A stretch of DNA of 64,000 nucleotides. It comes from an uncultured Trueperaceae bacterium. Lineage in GTDB: Bacteria > Deinococcota > Deinococci > Deinococcales > Trueperaceae. Location: contig CAWFFU010000008.1 in the NCBI GenBank assembly GCA_963815215.1, positions 96,001 through 160,000 on the forward strand. Direction: 5' to 3'. The notes beneath the pieces were generated by a model. It was not told the origin of the DNA. It did no database searches and worked only from the letters and a program-made list of their open reading frames with translations. The position numbers and the translations under genes are program-made. Below are positions 38,511-49,808 of the stretch, piece after piece (positions within the stretch are counted from its first letter, which is position 1; every line of letters starts with the position of its first letter).

Positions 38511-39968
38511 GTGCGCGGCCGATTCGCTCCCTACGTCATCGGAACGGGCCTGCTGGCACTGTCCGGCGTGATGCTGCTGTTCACCTTCTACGCGGCCATC
38601 GCGCGCGAACCCATGACGGGGTTCCTGCTCAGCGGTGCGCTGGGCGCCCTGTTGGGCTCCGTGCTACGGATGCTGGGATCGTCCAACGCCGAGCCCACCC
38701 GGCGCGAAGCCCTCATCGCCGTATTGGTGTCCTGGCTCGCCGTGCCGGCGGTCGGTGCCGTCCCCTACGCCGTGACCGGGGGGTTCGGCCCGGTGAACGC
38801 CTTCTTCGAGTCGATGAGCGGCTTCACCACCACCGGCGCTACCGTGCTCACCGACTTCGCCGCCTTCCCCTCGAGCCTCTTCCTGTGGCGAGCGCTGTCG
38901 CAGTGGGTGGGCGGCATCGGTATCCTGGTCATCTTCATCGCCGTGTTCCCGCAACTCGCGATCGCCGGCCGCCAGCTCTTCTTCGCCGAAGCGCCGGGAC
39001 CGACCGAGGAGCGTCTCACCCCGCGCCTGCGCCACACCGCAACGGCGGTGGTCACCATCTATACCGGCCTGACGGTGCTGTGCGCCGCCGCCTACGCCAT
39101 CGCCGGCATGCCGGTGTTCGATGCCGTGGCGCACGCCTTCACCACCCTGGCGGCGGGCGGCTTCAGCCCCAACGCACAGAGCTTCCAGGGCTACGCCAAC
39201 CCCGCGGTCGACTGGGTGGCGACGGTGTTCATGCTCTTCGCCGGGTCCAACTTCGCGCTGTTGTACCGAGGCGTGGCGGGGCGGCCGCGTGAGATCCTGC
39301 GCGATCCCGAATTCCGCGCCTACGTGAGCATCGCGGTGCTCGCCTCGCTGGCGCTCACCGTCCTGCTGCTGGGCGTGTATGGCGTGGGCGACGCCTTCAG
39401 GCACGGCTTCTTCCAGGTCTTCAGCATCATGACGACGACGGGCTATGCGTCGGCCGACTTCGCCCAGTGGCCGCAACGCGCGCAGGCCGTGCTGGTTGTG
39501 GTCATGTTCATCGGCGGCAGCGCCGGCTCGGCCGGCGGCGGCATCAAGGTGGTGCGCTGGCTGATCATCGCCCGCAACACCGCACGCGAGGTGCGCCGGG
39601 CGCTGCATCCGCGCGCGGTGCTGCCGGTGCGGCTCGGGAGCCGCGTGGTGCCCGAGGACGTGCTCCGCTCGGTGGCCGCCTTCATCACCCTGTACGTCGG
39701 TCTGTTCGCGACCAGCACCGTCATCCTGGTCATGCTGGGGGCGGACTTCGTCACGGCATTCACGGCCTCGATCGCCTGCCTGGGCAACATCGGGCCGGGT
39801 CTGGCGCGCGTCGGCCCGATGGTCGACTTCGGCCACCTGCACGTGGCCAGCCGCCTGCTGCTCACCTTCGACATGTACGCCGGCCGACTCGAGGTGGTCA
39901 CCGTCTTCGTGCTGTTCACCCGTGGCTGGTGGCGCCTGCCGCGGAGGCGGCCGCACGCCCGTCCGTAG
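38511..39968 (+). CDS. trkH: Trk potassium uptake membrane subunit TrkH
   Basis: FESMSGFTTTGAT, QWVGGIG, TTTGY, GSAGGGIK, NIGPG and GRLE. Confidence 0.95.
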   Translation: MRGRFAPYVIGTGLLALSGVMLLFTFYAAIAREPMTGFLLSGALGALLGSVLRMLGSSNAEPTRREALIAVLVSWLAVPAVGAVPYAVTGGFGPVNAFFESMSGFTTTGATVLTDFAAFPSSLFLWRALSQWVGGIGILVIFIAVFPQLAIAGRQLFFAEAPGPTEERLTPRLRHTATAVVTIYTGLTVLCAAAYAIAGMPVFDAVAHAFTTLAAGGFSPNAQSFQGYANPAVDWVATVFMLFAGSNFALLYRGVAGRPREILRDPEFRAYVSIAVLASLALTVLLLGVYGVGDAFRHGFFQVFSIMTTTGYASADFAQWPQRAQAVLVVVMFIGGSAGSAGGGIKVVRWLIIARNTAREVRRALHPRAVLPVRLGSRVVPEDVLRSVAAFITLYVGLFATSTVILVMLGADFVTAFTASIACLGNIGPGLARVGPMVDFGHLHVASRLLLTFDMYAGRLEVVTVFVLFTRGWWRLPRRRPHARP

Positions 39969-40028
39969 CGGCGCCGGCCCGTGCCCACGCACGGTCCTCG
40001 CGCCTCCTCACCGACGCAGGCGCCTCGA

Positions 40029-40057
40029 TTGAAGACCCGTCGGTGTCGGGGTATGCT
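40029..40057 (+). promoter_or_regulatory. Sigma-A-type promoter of acsA
   Basis: TTGAAG-N17-TATGCT. Confidence 0.65.
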
Positions 40058-40119
40058 CGGCCTCGACTGTCGACGATCCGTCCGTCGCCCCGTCCGCACG
40101 GACGCGCCAAGGAGGAAGC

Positions 40120-42069
40120 ATGTCCGAGCGCATCGAGTCGGTGCTGCAGGAATCGCGCCGTTTCTCCCCACCCGAAGGCTTCCGCAGCAAGGCCAGGCTG
40201 TCCAGCCTGGAAGCCTATGAGCGGCTCTACCGACAGTCGCTCGACGACCCGGACGCCTTCTGGGGAGACGTGGCCGCCGAGTTGCACTGGTTCAAGCGCT
40301 GGGACCGTGTACAGGAGTGGGACGAGCCGCACGTCCGGTGGTTCGCGGGCGGCCAGACCAACCTCGCCTACAACTGCCTCGACCTGCAGGTCGAACGCGG
40401 CCGCGGCAACAAGGTGGCCCTCCACTGGGAGGGCGAGCCGGGCGACCGGCGCACTCTCACCTACCAGGAGCTGCTGCACGAGGTCCGGCGCTTCGCCAAC
40501 GTGCTCAAGAGCCACGGCGTGGCCAAGGGCGACCGGGTCGCGATCTACCTCCCGATGATCCCGGAAGCCGTCGTCGCGATGCTGGCCTGCGCCCGCATCG
40601 GTGCGCCCCACTCGGTCGTGTTCGGCGGCTTCAGCGCCCAGGCGCTGGCCGACCGCATCAACGACGCGCAGGCCAAGCTCGTCGTCACCGCCGACGGCGG
40701 CTACCGGCGCGGCAACGTGCTGCCGCTCAAGCCCGCCGTGGACGAGGCGCTGCGGAGCTGCTCGTCGGTGACCTCCGTGGTGACCGTGAAGCGCACGGGG
40801 AACGACGTCGACATGGAGCCGGGCCGGGACGTCTGGTACCACGACGCCATGCGCCGCGCCGACGACGCCTGCCCTGCCGAGCCGTTGGACGCCGAGCACC
40901 CGCTCTACATCCTCTACACCTCCGGCTCGACCGGCAAGCCCAAGGGCGTGCTCCACACCACCGGCGGCTACCAGACCTATACCTACCTGACCACCAAGAC
41001 GGTCTTCGACCTGCAGGACAACGACGTCTACTGGTGCAGCGCCGACGTGGGCTGGGTCACCGGCCACAGCTACATCGTCTACGGGCCGATGAGCAACGGG
41101 GCGACGCAGGTGATGTACGAGGGTGCGCCCACGCACCCCGGTCCCGACCGCTTCTGGGACCTCATCGAGCGCTACGGGGTGACGATCTTCTACACCGCTC
41201 CCACCGCTATCCGCGCCTTCATGAAGCTGGGCGAGGAGCATCCGGGTCGCCACGACCTCACCAGCCTGCGGTTGCTCGGCACGGTGGGCGAGCCCATCAA
41301 CCCCGAGGCCTGGATGTGGTACCGGCGCGTCATCGGCGGTGACCGCTGCCCGGTGGTGGACACCTGGTGGCAGACGGAGACGGGCGGCATCATGATCAGC
41401 ACCCTGCCGGGCGTTCACGACGCCAAGCCGGGCTCGGCCGGGGTCCCGATGTTCGGGGTGGAGCCGGCGGTGGTGGATGTCGACGGCAACGAGGTGCCGC
41501 CGGGCGAGGGTGGCTACCTGGTGATACGTCGCCCCTGGCCGTCGATGCTGCGCACCGTGTACGGCGACGACGACCGCTACCGGAACCAGTACTGGAACGA
41601 GATCCCACACGCCTACTTCGCCGGCGACGGCGCGCGCCGCGACGAGGACGGCTACTTCTGGATCATGGGGCGCGTCGATGACGTGGTGAACGTCTCCGGC
41701 CACCGGCTCGGCACCATGGAGGTGGAGTCGGCGCTGGTGTCGCACCCGGCGGTGGCCGAGGCCGCCGTGGTGGGTCGTCCCGACGAGGTGAAGGGGCAAG
41801 CCATCGTGGCCTTCGTCACGCTGGAGGCGGGCACCACCGCCAGCGCCGAGCTGAGCGAGGAGCTGCGCCGGCACGTGACCCGCGAGATCGGCGCCATCGC
41901 CCGCCCCGACGAGCTGCGCTTCGCCGATGCGTTGCCCAAGACGCGCTCCGGCAAGATCATGCGCCGCCTGCTGCGCAACGTGGCCTCCGGGCAGGAGCTA
42001 GCGGGCGACGTGTCGACGTTAGAGGACCGCAGCGTCATCGAGAAGCTGACCGGCGGCGAAGCGGGCTGA
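40120..42069 (+). CDS. acsA: Acetyl-CoA synthetase
   Basis: [36 protein letters not shown] and [20 protein letters not shown]. Confidence 0.97.
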   Translation: MSERIESVLQESRRFSPPEGFRSKARLSSLEAYERLYRQSLDDPDAFWGDVAAELHWFKRWDRVQEWDEPHVRWFAGGQTNLAYNCLDLQVERGRGNKVALHWEGEPGDRRTLTYQELLHEVRRFANVLKSHGVAKGDRVAIYLPMIPEAVVAMLACARIGAPHSVVFGGFSAQALADRINDAQAKLVVTADGGYRRGNVLPLKPAVDEALRSCSSVTSVVTVKRTGNDVDMEPGRDVWYHDAMRRADDACPAEPLDAEHPLYILYTSGSTGKPKGVLHTTGGYQTYTYLTTKTVFDLQDNDVYWCSADVGWVTGHSYIVYGPMSNGATQVMYEGAPTHPGPDRFWDLIERYGVTIFYTAPTAIRAFMKLGEEHPGRHDLTSLRLLGTVGEPINPEAWMWYRRVIGGDRCPVVDTWWQTETGGIMISTLPGVHDAKPGSAGVPMFGVEPAVVDVDGNEVPPGEGGYLVIRRPWPSMLRTVYGDDDRYRNQYWNEIPHAYFAGDGARRDEDGYFWIMGRVDDVVNVSGHRLGTMEVESALVSHPAVAEAAVVGRPDEVKGQAIVAFVTLEAGTTASAELSEELRRHVTREIGAIARPDELRFADALPKTRSGKIMRRLLRNVASGQELAGDVSTLEDRSVIEKLTGGEAG

Positions 42070-42101
42070 GGCCGGGTCGACCGTGCGCGGTCGGGCCGAG
42101 C

Positions 42102-43043
42102 TCAATCGTCTGCCCGACCGGACCCGGCGTCTCCTCGCCCCGCGTCGAGGCCGCCAGGCGAGGAGACGCTCCGTGCGCTCGCCAGTGGGTGGCCCGACGG
42201 CACCGGGCGCCGCCGAGGCCGCAGCTCGCTGAGGAACATCGCGGCCACCACCAGGGCGCCGCCGATCCAACCGACCAGGCCCAGCCGCTCGCCCAGCAGG
42301 AAGAACGCGAAGATCGAGGCGACCACCGGCTCGAGCACGAAGATGAGCGCCGCCACCTGCGCGGGCACCACGCGTTGAGCGTACGTCTGCACCACCGCCA
42401 CCAAAGCGGTCGCCACCGCCGCCAGGTAGAGGATCGCCAGGTAGGTGGTCAGCGGCACGTGCCGCAACTCCCCCACCTGCGGCAGCGCCCACAGCCATGC
42501 CAGCACCGCCATGGGCACGTGCTGCAGCGCGGCGAGCGAAGTGGCCGAAGCCTTCCCGGCGACCTCCCCCAGGTAGACGATGAACAGGGCGTAGGCGAGC
42601 GCCGTGGCGAGCACCCACAGGTCGCCGCCGTTGATGGACTTCGTACCGCCGTGCAGGGTCATCATCCCGAGGCCGACGAGCGCTACCAGCGCCGCCAGGT
42701 AGGCGCGTCCGGCCACGCGGCGCCGCAGCCACAGCGCCGCGACCAGCGGCGTGAGGATGACGCTCAGACCGGTGATGAAGGCCGCCCTGGAGGCCGTGGT
42801 GAGGGACAGTCCCATGGTCTGGGTGGCGAAGCCGATGAACGCCAGTACCCCCAACACCAGAGCCGGCTTCACGGCGCGTCGATCGAAGCGGGCCCAGCTC
42901 AGCAGCAGCCCTGCAAGCGTGAAGCGCACGGCCAGCAGCAGCGGCACCGGGATGGTGCGGAGCGCCTCCTTGATGACCACGAAGGTGGTGCCCCAGATCA
43001 GCGTGATGCCCACCAGGGCGGCGGCTCCGACGGCGGGCGGCAT
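42102..43043 (-). CDS. DMT/EamA family transporter
   Basis: IWGTTFVVIK, QTMGL, AAFITGL, GDLWV and LEPV. Confidence 0.9.
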   Translation of the reverse strand: MPPAVGAAALVGITLIWGTTFVVIKEALRTIPVPLLLAVRFTLAGLLLSWARFDRRAVKPALVLGVLAFIGFATQTMGLSLTTASRAAFITGLSVILTPLVAALWLRRRVAGRAYLAALVALVGLGMMTLHGGTKSINGGDLWVLATALAYALFIVYLGEVAGKASATSLAALQHVPMAVLAWLWALPQVGELRHVPLTTYLAILYLAAVATALVAVVQTYAQRVVPAQVAALIFVLEPVVASIFAFFLLGERLGLVGWIGGALVVAAMFLSELRPRRRPVPSGHPLASARSVSSPGGLDAGRGDAGSGRADD

Positions 43044-43107
43044 GGCCGCCATTCTCGCACGGCACGACGCCGCGTGCGCGCCGCACGCGCCGGCATACAA
43101 TGGCCGG

Positions 43108-43587
43108 ATGGACGGAATGCGCATCGGTTACGGCGAGGACGCTCACGCCCTGGCACCGGGTCGCTCCCTCGTCATCGGCGCGGTGAAGATCGACGGTAGC
43201 CCCGTCGGAACGGTGGCGCACAGTGACGGCGACGTGTTGCTCCACGCGCTCTCGGACGCCCTGCTGGCCGCCTACGCCATGGGCGACATCGGACAGTACT
43301 TCCCGCCGTCCAACCCCAACTACCGCGGCCTCGACAGCCGCGTGATCCTCCAGACCGTGCTGCAACGCCTTTCCGATCAGGTGGGCCGCTACCGCATCGT
43401 CAATCTGTCGGCGGTGGTGGTGCTCGACCAACCGCGGCTGGGCCCGACCCGGCGCGACATCCAGCGCCAGCTCGCCGGCGAGCTGGGGATCGATGCATCG
43501 CGCGTCGGCGTGACCTTCAAGACCAGCGAAGGGATGGCGCCCGACTTCATCCAGGCGCGCGCCACGGTGCTGCTCGAGACCGAGTAG
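43108..43587 (+). CDS. ispF: 2-C-methyl-D-erythritol 2,4-cyclodiphosphate synthase
   Basis: RIGYGEDAH, HSDGDVLLHA, GDIG and KTSEG. Confidence 0.94.
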   Translation: MDGMRIGYGEDAHALAPGRSLVIGAVKIDGSPVGTVAHSDGDVLLHALSDALLAAYAMGDIGQYFPPSNPNYRGLDSRVILQTVLQRLSDQVGRYRIVNLSAVVVLDQPRLGPTRRDIQRQLAGELGIDASRVGVTFKTSEGMAPDFIQARATVLLETE

Positions 43588-43611
43588 GCGAGCGCCACCC
43601 CACGACCCCGG

Positions 43612-43928
43612 TCAGGCCTCCTGCACGCAGACCAGCACGCGGCCGTCCTGCACCTCCACCTCGTAGAGGCGGATCTTCTTCACGGCAGGCAGCGTCGGCG
43701 CGCCGCTGCGCAGGTCGAAGGTCGCGCCGTGGTGGGCGCACTTGATCTTGCCCTCGAGCAACTCGCCGTCGGAGAGCGGGAAGCGCGCGTGCGTGCAGCG
43801 GTCGGGAAGGGCGAAGAACTCGTCCCCCTGACGGATCAACACGATGTCGCGACCCTCGACCGCCAGCGCCGTGACGCCGTCCTCGGGATAGTCGGCGACC
43901 GAGCCAACGTCGGTCCGCGTCAAGGTGC

Positions 43929-43932
<4 letters not shown>
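43612..43932 (-). CDS. Rieske-type [2Fe-2S] ferredoxin
   Basis: CTH...CAHHGATFDLRSG. GTG start overlaps the sufD stop. Confidence 0.92.
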
Positions 43933-45251
<1,319 letters not shown>

Positions 45252-45274
45252 GTCTCGAGGCCAGCAGCCTTCAC

Positions 45275-45307
45275 GGCGCGGCCCACGCGTAGTGCGTGGG
45301 CCGCGCC
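45275..45307. terminator. 14-bp intercistronic hairpin between sufB and sufD
   Basis: GGCGCGGCCCACGC-gtagt-GCGTGGGCCGCGCC. Confidence 0.6.
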
Positions 45308-45320
45308 CGTCGGCGGCTGC

Positions 45321-46754
45321 TCAGCCGACGCTCCCTTCCATCTCCAGCTCGATGAGGCGGTTGAGCTCGACCGCGTACTCCAGCGGGAGCTCCTTCGCCA
45401 CGGGGTCCAGGAAGCCGCGCACGATGAGGGACATAGCCTCGTCCTCGGCCAGGCCGCGCGACATCAGATAGAAGATCTGCTCGTCGTCGAGCTTGCTGAC
45501 CGTGGCCTCGTGGCCGACGTGGGCGGTCTTCTCGTTGATCTCGATGTAGGGGTAGGTGTCGGTCTTGGCGCTGTCGTCGAGCAACAGCGCGTCGCACTCC
45601 ACGTTGGAGCGCGCACCCACAGCGCCCTCGTGGATCTGCACCAGGCCGCGGTAGCTGCTGCGTCCCGTGCCCTTCGAGATCGACTTGCTCACCACGCTGC
45701 TGGTCGTATGCGGCGCGGCATGGATCATCTTCGAGCCAGCGTCCTGGTGCTGGCCGTCGCCGGCGAAGGCGATGGAGAGCACCTCGCCGTGCGCATGCTC
45801 GCCCACCAGGTAGCAGCTGGGGTACTTCATGGTGACCTTCGAGCCGAGGTTGCCGTCGAGCCAGCCCATCGATGCGCCGGCATGCACCAGCGCGCGCTGC
45901 GTCACCAGGTTGTAGACGTTGTGCGACCAGTTCTGGATGGTCGAGTAGCGGACCTGGCTGTTGTCCTGAGCGATGATCTCGATCACGCCGGAGTGGAAGG
46001 CGTCGGTGGTGTAGGCGGGCGCCGTGCAGCCCTCGATGTAGTGGAACTTCGAGCCGGGCGCGCCGATGATCAGGGTGCGCTCGAACTGGCCGATGCTCTG
46101 CGCGTTCAGCAGGAAGTACGCCTGCAGCGGCACCCCGACCTCGACGCCTTCGGGCACGTACACGAAGGAGCCGCCCGACCACACCGCACTGTTGACCGCG
46201 GCGTAGTAGTTGTCCTCGGGGGGCACGACGGTGGAGAAGTACTCCTTGAAGACCTCCGGGTGCTCCTTGAGACCGGTGTCGGTGTCGAGGAAGATGACGC
46301 CCTTCTTCTCCCACTCCTCCTTCAGCTTGTGGTAGACCATCTCCGACTCGTACTGGGCACCGACGCCGGCCAGCACGCGCTGTTCCGCTTCGGGCACGCC
46401 CAGGCGCCGGTAGGTCTCGCGCACCTCCTCCGGGATCTCGTCCCAGGAATCGACGGTGCCCTGACGCTCGTTCGGGCGGATGTAGAAGTAGATGTTCTCG
46501 AACCTCAGGCCGCTGAGGTCGGGACCCCACTTGGGCGGCCCCTTCTTCTCGGCGATCTCCAGCGCCCTCAAGCGGAACTGGAGCATCCACTCCGGCTCCT
46601 GCTTGAAGTAGCTGATCTTCTCGACCACGCGTCGATCGAGACCCTTCTCGGACCGGTAGAAGTATGTCTCCGGCAGCCGGAAGTCGTACTGCTTGGTGTG
46701 CTCCATGCCCTGGAGTTTGTCGGCATCGGGATTGGCGTTCGTCACATCCGTCAT
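45321..46754 (-). CDS. sufB: Fe-S cluster assembly protein SufB
   Basis: AQYESE, WSGGSF, GQFERTLII, EGCTAP, TMKYPS, HEATVSK and ELPLEYAVE. Confidence 0.97.
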   Translation of the reverse strand: MTDVTNANPDADKLQGMEHTKQYDFRLPETYFYRSEKGLDRRVVEKISYFKQEPEWMLQFRLRALEIAEKKGPPKWGPDLSGLRFENIYFYIRPNERQGTVDSWDEIPEEVRETYRRLGVPEAEQRVLAGVGAQYESEMVYHKLKEEWEKKGVIFLDTDTGLKEHPEVFKEYFSTVVPPEDNYYAAVNSAVWSGGSFVYVPEGVEVGVPLQAYFLLNAQSIGQFERTLIIGAPGSKFHYIEGCTAPAYTTDAFHSGVIEIIAQDNSQVRYSTIQNWSHNVYNLVTQRALVHAGASMGWLDGNLGSKVTMKYPSCYLVGEHAHGEVLSIAFAGDGQHQDAGSKMIHAAPHTTSSVVSKSISKGTGRSSYRGLVQIHEGAVGARSNVECDALLLDDSAKTDTYPYIEINEKTAHVGHEATVSKLDDEQIFYLMSRGLAEDEAMSLIVRGFLDPVAKELPLEYAVELNRLIELEMEGSVG

Positions 46755-46800
46755 GCGTCCCTCCACTCTCGACCAGAGGCGTCCATGTGGGCCCGGCGGC

Positions 46801-47562
46801 TCATGCACCGACCTGGTCGCGGACCCAGTCGTACCCCTTGCTGTCGAGCTCCATGGCGAGCTCCTTGGGGCCCTCGGTGACAACGCGCCCGTCGACCATG
46901 ACGTGGACGCGATCCGGGACGATGTAGTTCAGCAGTCGCTGGTAGTGCGTGATCATCAGGCAGCCGAAGTCGGGGCCGCGGGCGGCGTTGACCCCTTGCG
47001 ACACGACCTTGAGGGCGTCGATGTCGAGCCCGGAGTCGGTCTCGTCCAGGATCGCGTACTTGGGCTCGAGCACCAGCAGCTGGAGGATCTCGCTGCGCTT
47101 CTTCTCGCCGCCCGAGAACCCCTCGTGCAGGTTGCGTTCGAGGATCGACTCGTCCCAGTCGAGCGCTTCGACCGCCTTCTGGAGCTTCTGGTAGAACTCC
47201 ATCACGCCGATCTCCTCGCCCTCGGGCCGGCGCGCGTTGAGCGCCAGGCGCAGGAAGTTCGCGATCGACACGCCCGGCACCTCGACCGGATACTGGAAGG
47301 CGAGGTAGAGGCCGGCCCGCGCCCGTTCATCGGGCTCCAAGCCGAGCACGTTCTGGCCCTCGAGCAGGATCGAGCCCTCGGTCACCTCGTAGCTCGGGTC
47401 GCCCGCGATGATCTTGGCGAGCGTCGACTTGCCGGACCCGTTGGGGCCCATCAGGGCGTGCACCTCGCCACGGGGCACCGTCAGGTCGACGCCCCGTAGG
47501 ATCGTTTCACCGCCGCGGATGCGGGCGTGCAGGTTGCGGATGTCCAGGGTCGTGTCGGTCAT
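46801..47562 (-). CDS. sufC: Fe-S cluster assembly ATPase SufC
   Basis: [35 protein letters not shown] and ITHY. Confidence 0.97.
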   Translation of the reverse strand: MTDTTLDIRNLHARIRGGETILRGVDLTVPRGEVHALMGPNGSGKSTLAKIIAGDPSYEVTEGSILLEGQNVLGLEPDERARAGLYLAFQYPVEVPGVSIANFLRLALNARRPEGEEIGVMEFYQKLQKAVEALDWDESILERNLHEGFSGGEKKRSEILQLLVLEPKYAILDETDSGLDIDALKVVSQGVNAARGPDFGCLMITHYQRLLNYIVPDRVHVMVDGRVVTEGPKELAMELDSKGYDWVRDQVGA

Positions 47563-47612
47563 GCATACACCTCGTGAGGTCCGTGGATCGGTCGGGAGGG
47601 TCCTCGCCCTAT

Positions 47613-47684
47613 CTAGGACTCGTTCCGAGTTTTAGTATAGCGGCGCTCCCGGCGAATGTCGAGTAACGCGCTCAAGATTGAGCG
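47613..47684 (-). promoter_or_regulatory. suf operon promoter with flanking inverted repeats
   Basis: Minus strand TCGACA(47657-62)-N17-TATACT(47634-39). Inverted repeats at 47613-47635 and 47669-47684. Confidence 0.65.
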
Positions 47685-47747
47685 TACCCTCTCGAGCGCG
47701 CCCCGAGCGTAGGCCGGATCGCTGCTACGGTACCTCGAACGGATGCC

Positions 47748-48728
47748 TCAGTCGCGACGTCGGAGCAACCAGCCCAGCAACCCGCCGCGCTCCTCTCCGT
47801 TGCCCTCGTCGGAAGCCTCGGATTCGGTCCCTGCGGCCTTGGGGAGTCGGCTCGAGCGACCGGTGCGGGGCGCCTCCTTGGGCTTCTCCACCACCTCCGT
47901 GACCGCCTCCGGCCGCCCGGTGGCCACCCGGAACGCGTTGGCGAACTCGGCGACCGTCGCGAAGCGCTTCTCGGCGTCCCGCGAGATCGCCTTGGTGACC
48001 ACGCGCACCAACGTCCGCGGAAGGTCGGGGCGTAACACCGCCAGATCCCGCGGGATGCCCGACAGGTGGGCGAGCATCAGGCTGTCGTAGGTGTCGCCCA
48101 CGAAGGGCCGCTCGCCCGCCAGTACCTCGTAGGCCAGCACGCCAAGGCTGTAGATGTCGCCACGCACTGTCGCCTGCTTGCCCTCGAACACCTCGGGCGC
48201 CATGTAGAACGCCGTGCCGACGCGATCCTTGGAGTCCTCGGCCTGGAAGATCCCGGTGCCGTAGTCGCCCAGCTTGGCCACGCCACCTTCGGTGAGGAAG
48301 ACGTTGGCGGGCTTGACGTCGCGATGCAGCACGCTCCGCTGGTGAGTGTGCGCCAGCCCTGCCGCCACGCCCTCCACCAGTTCGTAGGCCTGCCCCAACG
48401 CCAGCCGCCCCTTCTCCAGCAACAACTGGTCGAGCGTGCCGCCGGCGCACAGCTCCAGCGCCAGGAAGGCGCGCTTGCCCGTGGGGAAGCCATCGAAGGC
48501 GGCGACGATGTTGGGGTGCGACAGCTTGACGGTGATCTGCACCTCGTTCTCGAACATGCGGCGCAGCACCGGACGCTCGTGCAGCTCATCGCGCGGGAGT
48601 TTGAGCGCGACACGACCGAACTCGCTGTGCTCGGCCAGGTAGACGTGCGACGTCTGGCCCGAACCCAGCTTCTGCACGATCTGGTAGCCCCCCGGTACGA
48701 AGGCGGGCTGGTCGTTCCCGGCGCTCAT
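47748..48728 (-). CDS. Hanks-type Ser/Thr protein kinase
   Basis: GSGQTS, VALK, HRDVKPAN, DYG, MAPE and DIYSLG. Alternative start at 48755. Confidence 0.92.
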   Translation of the reverse strand: MSAGNDQPAFVPGGYQIVQKLGSGQTSHVYLAEHSEFGRVALKLPRDELHERPVLRRMFENEVQITVKLSHPNIVAAFDGFPTGKRAFLALELCAGGTLDQLLLEKGRLALGQAYELVEGVAAGLAHTHQRSVLHRDVKPANVFLTEGGVAKLGDYGTGIFQAEDSKDRVGTAFYMAPEVFEGKQATVRGDIYSLGVLAYEVLAGERPFVGDTYDSLMLAHLSGIPRDLAVLRPDLPRTLVRVVTKAISRDAEKRFATVAEFANAFRVATGRPEAVTEVVEKPKEAPRTGRSSRLPKAAGTESEASDEGNGEERGGLLGWLLRRRD

Positions 48729-48886
48729 CCCGTCCCCTTCGGCGGTCGCTCCCATGGGCCGCGCCTAGCTGCGGCACCCGGCCGACTGCGCCACGATGCC
48801 TTCACTCTACCCGGCTGCGAGCGACGCGGAAGCGAACCATACCGCACGCTCCATCCCCGGCGTGCCGAGCCGCCGGCGGCGCAGCG

Positions 48887-49561
48887 TCAGAGCTCGAAGT
48901 CGTCCCCCGGCTCGAGCGCCAGGCAGCGCGCGTCCGTCTCGCTCTCCACCTTCGCCTTGAACGCCTGAGCGTCCTGACGGATGGGGTCGAAGGTATTGTA
49001 GTGGATGGGGACGACGACCTTCGGAGCGAGCAGCTTCACGGCCTCCAGCGCGTCGTCCGGGCCCATGGTGAAGAAGTCGCCGATGGGCACCATCGCCAGG
49101 TCCAGCCCCTTGCGACCGATCAAGCGCATGTCGCTGAACAGCGCCGTGTCCCCGGCATGGTACACGCGCTTGCCCCCCATCTCCAGGATGATGCCGGTCG
49201 GCATGCCGCCGTAGGTCCCGTCCGGGAACGAGCTGGAGTGCCAGGCGGGGGTGAACTGGACCCGCCCGAACGGGAACGCGAAGCCGCCCCCGATGTTCAT
49301 GCCGTGCCCCTTCATGCCCCGCTCGGACACGTAGTTGGCGATCTCCACGGCGGCGACGACGGTAGCGCCGGCGCGCCCGGCGATACTCGGGGTGTCCCCG
49401 TAGTGGTCTCCGTGCGCGTGGCTGAGCAGGATGTGGCTGGGCGCGACCTCGCTCGCCTCGACGGAGGTGGCGGGGTTGTGGGTCATGAATGGGTCGATCA
49501 CGACCTCATGCCCTTCTGCCGTGATCTGGAAGCCGGAGTGGCCGAGGAACCGGAGCTTCAT
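48887..49561 (-). CDS. UPF0173 metal-dependent hydrolase (MBL fold)
   Basis: LGHS, IDPF, SHAHGDH, HSSS, HAGDT, PIGD and PIHYNTF. Confidence 0.92.
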   Translation of the reverse strand: MKLRFLGHSGFQITAEGHEVVIDPFMTHNPATSVEASEVAPSHILLSHAHGDHYGDTPSIAGRAGATVVAAVEIANYVSERGMKGHGMNIGGGFAFPFGRVQFTPAWHSSSFPDGTYGGMPTGIILEMGGKRVYHAGDTALFSDMRLIGRKGLDLAMVPIGDFFTMGPDDALEAVKLLAPKVVVPIHYNTFDPIRQDAQAFKAKVESETDARCLALEPGDDFEL

Positions 49562-49728
49562 GCATACCTCCCGATCGGATCGGCGAACCGCGTGACGCCT
49601 CCGATATCCGTCGGCGCCGCGTATCCGCACGTGCTTGCCCGAGTACCGGAATCGAGAATAGCAGCCGGCGGAGGAACGGCGGGGCTCATGGGGAACGCCC
49701 GAGGCCGGCGGCCGGGAGGCGGCGCGCA

Positions 49729-49764
49729 GCGTCCGGCAGGCGGGCGGCGTCCGGCAGGCGGGCG
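49729..49764 (+). repeat. 2 x 18-bp tandem repeat GCGTCCGGCAGGCGGGCG
   Basis: Copies at 49729 and 49747, upstream of TATACT (49787-92). Confidence 0.85.
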
Positions 49765-49808
49765 GCGGCGCGACCGCGGGCGCCCCTATACTGGACGGGC
49801 CCCGGACC

